Shown here: one piece after another, positions 26,749 to 30,925 of the stretch
Layout of the letters: each line of letters opens with the position of its first letter
Numbering within the stretch: the stretch's first letter is position 1
From: Promethearchaeota archaeon
GTDB taxonomy: Archaea; Asgardarchaeota; Lokiarchaeia; Sigyniarchaeales; SOKP01
Assembly: GCA_048941265.1 (NCBI GenBank)
Contig: JBHLNT010000035.1
Location: 1-30,925 of the forward strand
DNA: 30,925 nt
Direction of reading: 5' to 3'
Notes under the pieces: generated by a model
What the model was told of the DNA's origin: nothing
Seen by the model: only the letters and a program-made list of their open reading frames with translations
Databases searched by the model: none
Position numbers and translations under genes: made by a program

Positions 26749-29325
26749 TTGGATTTGAGAGATAATGCTAGTGAAAGAATAAAAAGGTTCCGAAGACGTT
26801 TTCTTGATGAAATCCCATTTGTTTCTATTGAGAGAGCAAAGTATTACACTGAGAAGTGGAAGGAGACTGAAAATAGCGCACTTCCCATTGGAATTCGAGT
26901 TGCAAGGGCTATGAAGCATGTCTATGAGAATATGAATTTTGATATAGATCCAGATGATCGCATTGTGGGGACATGGACAGAAAATTTTCTTGGCATACCG
27001 ATAGATATTGAGAGAGGCTTATTTAATGGAGTTTTTGAGATTGAATTTGATAAAAAGAAAATGCGTAAATTCGGTAGTAACGGTAATAAAAGTTTGATGG
27101 AATTTTTGGAAAAAAAAGGGATAAATCCCTTAGAACTCTTAACACATACCAAAAAGATCGGAGCTGCCATGCCTGGTCTCGGAACGGATACTCTGGATAC
27201 AAGAAAAATAAATCCTTATCAAATCCGAGAGGAAGATAAAAATCTCTTACTCAATGAACTACTCCCTTATTGGAATGGGAAAACTATAGCCGATTTGCTA
27301 GGCATAGCATTTAAAGAATCTGGAATTTACCCTGGTGAATTTGAAGATTTTATAGAAAGCTTACCGCGTACCACAGGTAAAAGTGATTATATTACCTCTC
27401 TGGGATCTGCTCTTGGAGTGTGGCAAGGTCATTTAATCCTTGATCATGAAACACCTCTTAAAAAAGGGGTTCTGGCAATGCACCAAGAAGTTGAGGAAAT
27501 GATAAAGGATAATGCTTACAAAGCACAAGAGGAATTAGAATTTCTACAATCTATAGAAATCGCTCTTGAAGGGATAATAACTTACGCACGTAGGCTTGCT
27601 GAAAAGATTCGAGAGGAGTTAACTAAATGTTCTGATTCTGAAAAAAAGAGAATATTGTCTCAAATTCTAGAAATCTGTAAAAAAGTTCCATTTTATCCCG
27701 CTGAAACATTTCGAGAAGCAGTTCAATCATATTGGACAGTTAAAACTGCTGTAGAATTAGCAATTCCGTTTAATGTTCATGCTCCAGGAAGATTAGATCA
27801 AATATTATATCCATATTTTATTAAAGAAATTCAAGAAGGAAGAATAGCGGAAGAGGAAGTTCGCGAATTATGTGAAGAGTTGTTTTTAAAAGTAATGAGT
27901 CATAATATGCGCCCTAATTCGAATGCATCGAGTGAATTTAGCCAACGCTATGAGGGTTCTGAACCAATTACTTTGGGAGGGCTTACTGAGTCAGGGGAAG
28001 ATGCAACAAATGAATTAACATATATTATGTTAGACGCAGCAGATCGTTCGAAAGCATCACTTAATTTTGCTGTGAGAATTCATAAAAACACACCTGATGA
28101 ATTGTTAATGAAGGTAGCTGATCTCCATTATAACGGAGTCTCTAGTGTATCTTTAATGAATGATGAAATAGCCATTCGAGCATTAAAAAATCGGGGCTTT
28201 TCAGAAGAGGACGCAAATGGCTATGCAATAACTGGATGCGTTGACATATGTTCTCCGGGAAAGACTGGAGGAGAGGGATTTTCATCAATATTATTATGCC
28301 GTACCCTTGATATGGCACTTCGCAATGGAGATGCGATGACGCTGGTGGGAATTGTTAAAGATGTGGGTCTTAAAACAGGTGATCCCGAATCATTTAGAAG
28401 CTTTGAAGATTTTCTTAATGCTTTTTATACCCAAATTGACAATATGATTAAAAAAATTGTTGATGCGTCCATCATCCGAGACAGCCTTTATGCAAATTAC
28501 TTGCCCGCCCCACTAATTTCGGCATTTATGAGAGGCTGTCTTGAGAATAAAAAAGATATAGCTGAAGGTGGTGCAATCTATGATTGTGAAGGAATACTTT
28601 TTATGACAAGTATAGCCAATACTATTGATTCCCTATATGTCATTAAAAAATTAGTCTTTGAACAGAAAAAATTCTCACTGAGAGAGTTGATTGATGCTAT
28701 TGATAATAATTTTAGTAATGGTTATGAATGGATTCATAAACTAATTTTGGAGTTAGATGGAAAATGGGGTAATGGTAATCCTGAATCGGATGAATTGGCA
28801 AAAAAAATTACCTCACATATGTTTAAAGAAACTTATAAATACAGAACTTTTAAAGACGGATTCTATGCGCCCTTTATAAACAGTATGACAACGCACACGT
28901 ATGATGGGCGGATTTCAATTGCTACACCTGATGGTAGACTTGCGGCAAGACCATTCGCAGCAAGTTGTAATCCTTATAATGTTGAGAGCCATGGACCGAC
29001 TGGTGTTTTAAGATCGGTTTCAGCTCTTCCATATGAGCATGTTATGGGATGTGCCGTTAATATTAGAATGCATCCGTCTGGAATTGGTAAATCTGAAGAG
29101 GGTAAGAAAAAATGGATCTCATTAATAAAAACTTATTTCAAGCTAGGAGGAGAGCAACTACAACCGACAGTGGTTTCAACAGAAGTTCTCAAAGCTGCTC
29201 AAAAAGATCCTAAGAGCTATCGAAATATCATTGTCAAGGTCGGAGGCTATTCAGCTTATTTCACAGATTTAGGAAAAGAGATCCAAGATGAGATCATTTC
29301 AAGAACCGAACATGATGGAGTCTAA
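26749..29325 (+). CDS. glycyl radical enzyme (PFL2/GRE superfamily), substrate unknown
   Basis: SIERA..YT, PAETFREAVQ, PGRLDQ.LYPY, ITLGG, DATNELT, Cys loop TGCVD, KWGNG, ATPDGR.A, GPTGVLRSV, and Gly loop IVKVGGYSAYF. TTG start. Confidence 0.92.
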   Translation: MDLRDNASERIKRFRRRFLDEIPFVSIERAKYYTEKWKETENSALPIGIRVARAMKHVYENMNFDIDPDDRIVGTWTENFLGIPIDIERGLFNGVFEIEFDKKKMRKFGSNGNKSLMEFLEKKGINPLELLTHTKKIGAAMPGLGTDTLDTRKINPYQIREEDKNLLLNELLPYWNGKTIADLLGIAFKESGIYPGEFEDFIESLPRTTGKSDYITSLGSALGVWQGHLILDHETPLKKGVLAMHQEVEEMIKDNAYKAQEELEFLQSIEIALEGIITYARRLAEKIREELTKCSDSEKKRILSQILEICKKVPFYPAETFREAVQSYWTVKTAVELAIPFNVHAPGRLDQILYPYFIKEIQEGRIAEEEVRELCEELFLKVMSHNMRPNSNASSEFSQRYEGSEPITLGGLTESGEDATNELTYIMLDAADRSKASLNFAVRIHKNTPDELLMKVADLHYNGVSSVSLMNDEIAIRALKNRGFSEEDANGYAITGCVDICSPGKTGGEGFSSILLCRTLDMALRNGDAMTLVGIVKDVGLKTGDPESFRSFEDFLNAFYTQIDNMIKKIVDASIIRDSLYANYLPAPLISAFMRGCLENKKDIAEGGAIYDCEGILFMTSIANTIDSLYVIKKLVFEQKKFSLRELIDAIDNNFSNGYEWIHKLILELDGKWGNGNPESDELAKKITSHMFKETYKYRTFKDGFYAPFINSMTTHTYDGRISIATPDGRLAARPFAASCNPYNVESHGPTGVLRSVSALPYEHVMGCAVNIRMHPSGIGKSEEGKKKWISLIKTYFKLGGEQLQPTVVSTEVLKAAQKDPKSYRNIIVKVGGYSAYFTDLGKEIQDEIISRTEHDGV

Positions 29326-29406
29326 AAAATCCAGATTTTAATAGCAATAATACTTATTTTTTAATAATCAAGACTAATTAATTTTAAGTATAGAATAGAA
29401 CGTCAA

Positions 29407-30315
29407 ATGGATGGTATAATATTTGATATTCAGCATTATGCTGTTTATGATGGTCCCGGTATACGTACAACAATTTTCCTAAAGGGATGTCCTTTGCGCT
29501 GTTTATGGTGTCATAATCCAGAATCCCAAGAACTTAAACCTGAGATTTCATATTTCAAAGAAAAATGTGCAAAATGTGGCTTGTGCGTAGATGCATGTCC
29601 AAATGATGCAATCACGCTAACTGATGAAGGTGTTCTACGGGATAGAAATTTATGTATCGTATGTGCTAAATGCGTAGATGCGTGTCCAAATGATGTTATG
29701 CAATTGGTAGGAAAATTCATTTCCGTCAATGAGATTATTGAGATTGCGGAAAGAGACAAACCTTTTTATGATACCTCTGGAGGAGGTATTACGATATCGG
29801 GAGGGGAGCCCACAATGCAGTTAAGATTTTTATTGGCACTCCTTAAAAATTTTAAAGAAAAAGGAATTCATACCGCGATAGAAACCTGTGGATTCTTTAA
29901 TGAAAATATTATTGATGAGCTTGTTGAATTAGTTGATCTATTTCTATTTGATATAAAGCATCTTGACCCAAATGAACATAAGAAATATACTGATGTTTCT
30001 AACGAAAAAATCCTAAATAATTTTGCTAAAATTCATTCCAAGGTAGGGAATAATAGAATAATCGCACGTATTCCCATTATTCCTGGTGTTAATACCGATC
30101 TTAAAACTATTGAAGAAATCGCAAATTTTTTAAAAAAAATCAATTATTCTGGTCCTGTTCATTTGATGCCGTATAATAAAATGGCGAAAACTAAATATGA
30201 GAAAGTGGGCAAAGGGCATTTGTATAAAGATATGGGAGATCTAACAGAAGAAAATTTAGAGGAAATTACTAAAAAGTTTGAGAACTATAATCTTAAAGTT
30301 GTATGTAATCGCTAA
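29407..30315 (+). CDS. glycyl-radical enzyme activating enzyme (radical SAM with ferredoxin insertion)
   Basis: DGPGIRT..FLKGCPLRCLWCHNPES, two CxxCxxCxxxCP motifs, GITISGGEP, HTAIETCG, DIKH, and RIPIIPG. Confidence 0.95.
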   Translation: MDGIIFDIQHYAVYDGPGIRTTIFLKGCPLRCLWCHNPESQELKPEISYFKEKCAKCGLCVDACPNDAITLTDEGVLRDRNLCIVCAKCVDACPNDVMQLVGKFISVNEIIEIAERDKPFYDTSGGGITISGGEPTMQLRFLLALLKNFKEKGIHTAIETCGFFNENIIDELVELVDLFLFDIKHLDPNEHKKYTDVSNEKILNNFAKIHSKVGNNRIIARIPIIPGVNTDLKTIEEIANFLKKINYSGPVHLMPYNKMAKTKYEKVGKGHLYKDMGDLTEENLEEITKKFENYNLKVVCNR

Positions 30316-30484
30316 TACATAATATTTTCAAATTTAATACTTTAGTTCAATTTTTAAACAACTAAATAAATTCCATAATAATCCAATTATAGTCTAAACT
30401 TAATCTTTTTAAATAAAAATCTTAAAATAATAAAAAAATAATACATAACTTGAAATATTTTAAAATTTAAACCGAGCTGAACAA

Positions 30485-30925
30485 ATGTTGGAAATTATAG
30501 ATAACGCGAGCGAAAGAATAAAAAATATTCGCAGAAGATTTCTTGATGATAAGACTCTAATTTCTATTGAAAGAGCTAAATATTATACTGAAAAATGGAC
30601 TGAAACTGAGAACTATAATTTATCCGTTGGTGTTAGAATTGCCTTATCTATGAAGAATGTTTATGAAAATATGCAAATCTATATAGACCCAGATGATCGT
30701 ATTGCGGGTAAATGGACAGAAAGCTTCCTCGGTATACCTATTGATATTGAGCGCGGTATATGGAACAAAATATTAGAGACTGAAATTGATAAAAAAGTCA
30801 TGAGAAAATTTGAAAAGGAGTTTAACAAATCCTTTATAGAATATATGGATAAAAAAGGAATAGATCTTATTAAATATATAGAAGAGATAAAAGAGATGGG
30901 CGCTGCTATACCAACCATGGGAAGC
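30485..30925 (+). CDS. second glycyl radical enzyme paralog, 3'-truncated by the window edge
   Basis: Manual translation MLEIIDNASERIKNIRRRFLDDKTLISIERAKYYTEKW...IDPDDRIAGKWTESFLGIPIDIERG...GAAIPTMGS, collinear with the N-terminus of 26749..29325. Absent from the ORF track because there is no stop codon in the window. Confidence 0.9.
   Translation, partial: MLEIIDNASERIKNIRRRFLDDKTLISIERAKYYTEKWTETENYNLSVGVRIALSMKNVYENMQIYIDPDDRIAGKWTESFLGIPIDIERGIWNKILETEIDKKVMRKFEKEFNKSFIEYMDKKGIDLIKYIEEIKEMGAAIPTMGS

Noticed and set aside
26749-29325. Calling the GRE pyruvate formate-lyase (pflB) or choline TMA-lyase (cutC)
   Set aside because: Lacks the PFL Cys-Cys pair and the CutC GCVE motif, so no gene symbol was assigned.
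327-30918. Many 60-110 aa ORF-track entries overlapping the main genes (e.g. 327..575, 6003..6332, 12183..12401, 15529..15822, 25314..25640, 30679..30918)
   Set aside because: Antisense or out-of-frame shadows of well-supported genes, with no recognisable motifs.
1-30925. CRISPR arrays, tRNAs, IS elements or prophage genes
   Set aside because: No regularly spaced direct repeats, cloverleaf/T-loop motifs, transposase, integrase or capsid motifs were seen by eye.

Overview
AT-rich, gene-dense prokaryotic window, most consistent with an Asgard archaeon (Lokiarchaeia-like). This is inferred from three Rab-like small GTPases without prenylation motifs, a longin-GTPase fusion, a eukaryote-type ubiquitin module and an HdrA-MvhD fusion. 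The centrepiece (8.6-14.5 kb) is a ubiquitin-like conjugation locus. Two tandem 7-TM membrane proteins with C-terminal C4C4 RING-like fingers and a mature GG-ending ubiquitin-like gene (+ strand) converge on a longin-GTPase, JAB/MPN+ protease, E1, E2 run (- strand). This is a candidate membrane-anchored, receptor-like E3 ubiquitylation system. Also present: a partial sacsin-like protein with a C-terminal HEXXH module, a structured ~125-nt intergenic RNA candidate, three unannotated microproteins, an orphan adenine methyltransferase, HdrA-MvhD coupled to a Mesh1-like HD hydrolase, and two paralogous glycyl radical enzymes flanking one activase (the complete one has atypical GCVD/KVGGY motifs). 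No tRNA, rRNA, CRISPR array or mobile element was recognised. All family assignments come from motif recognition by eye, not database searches.
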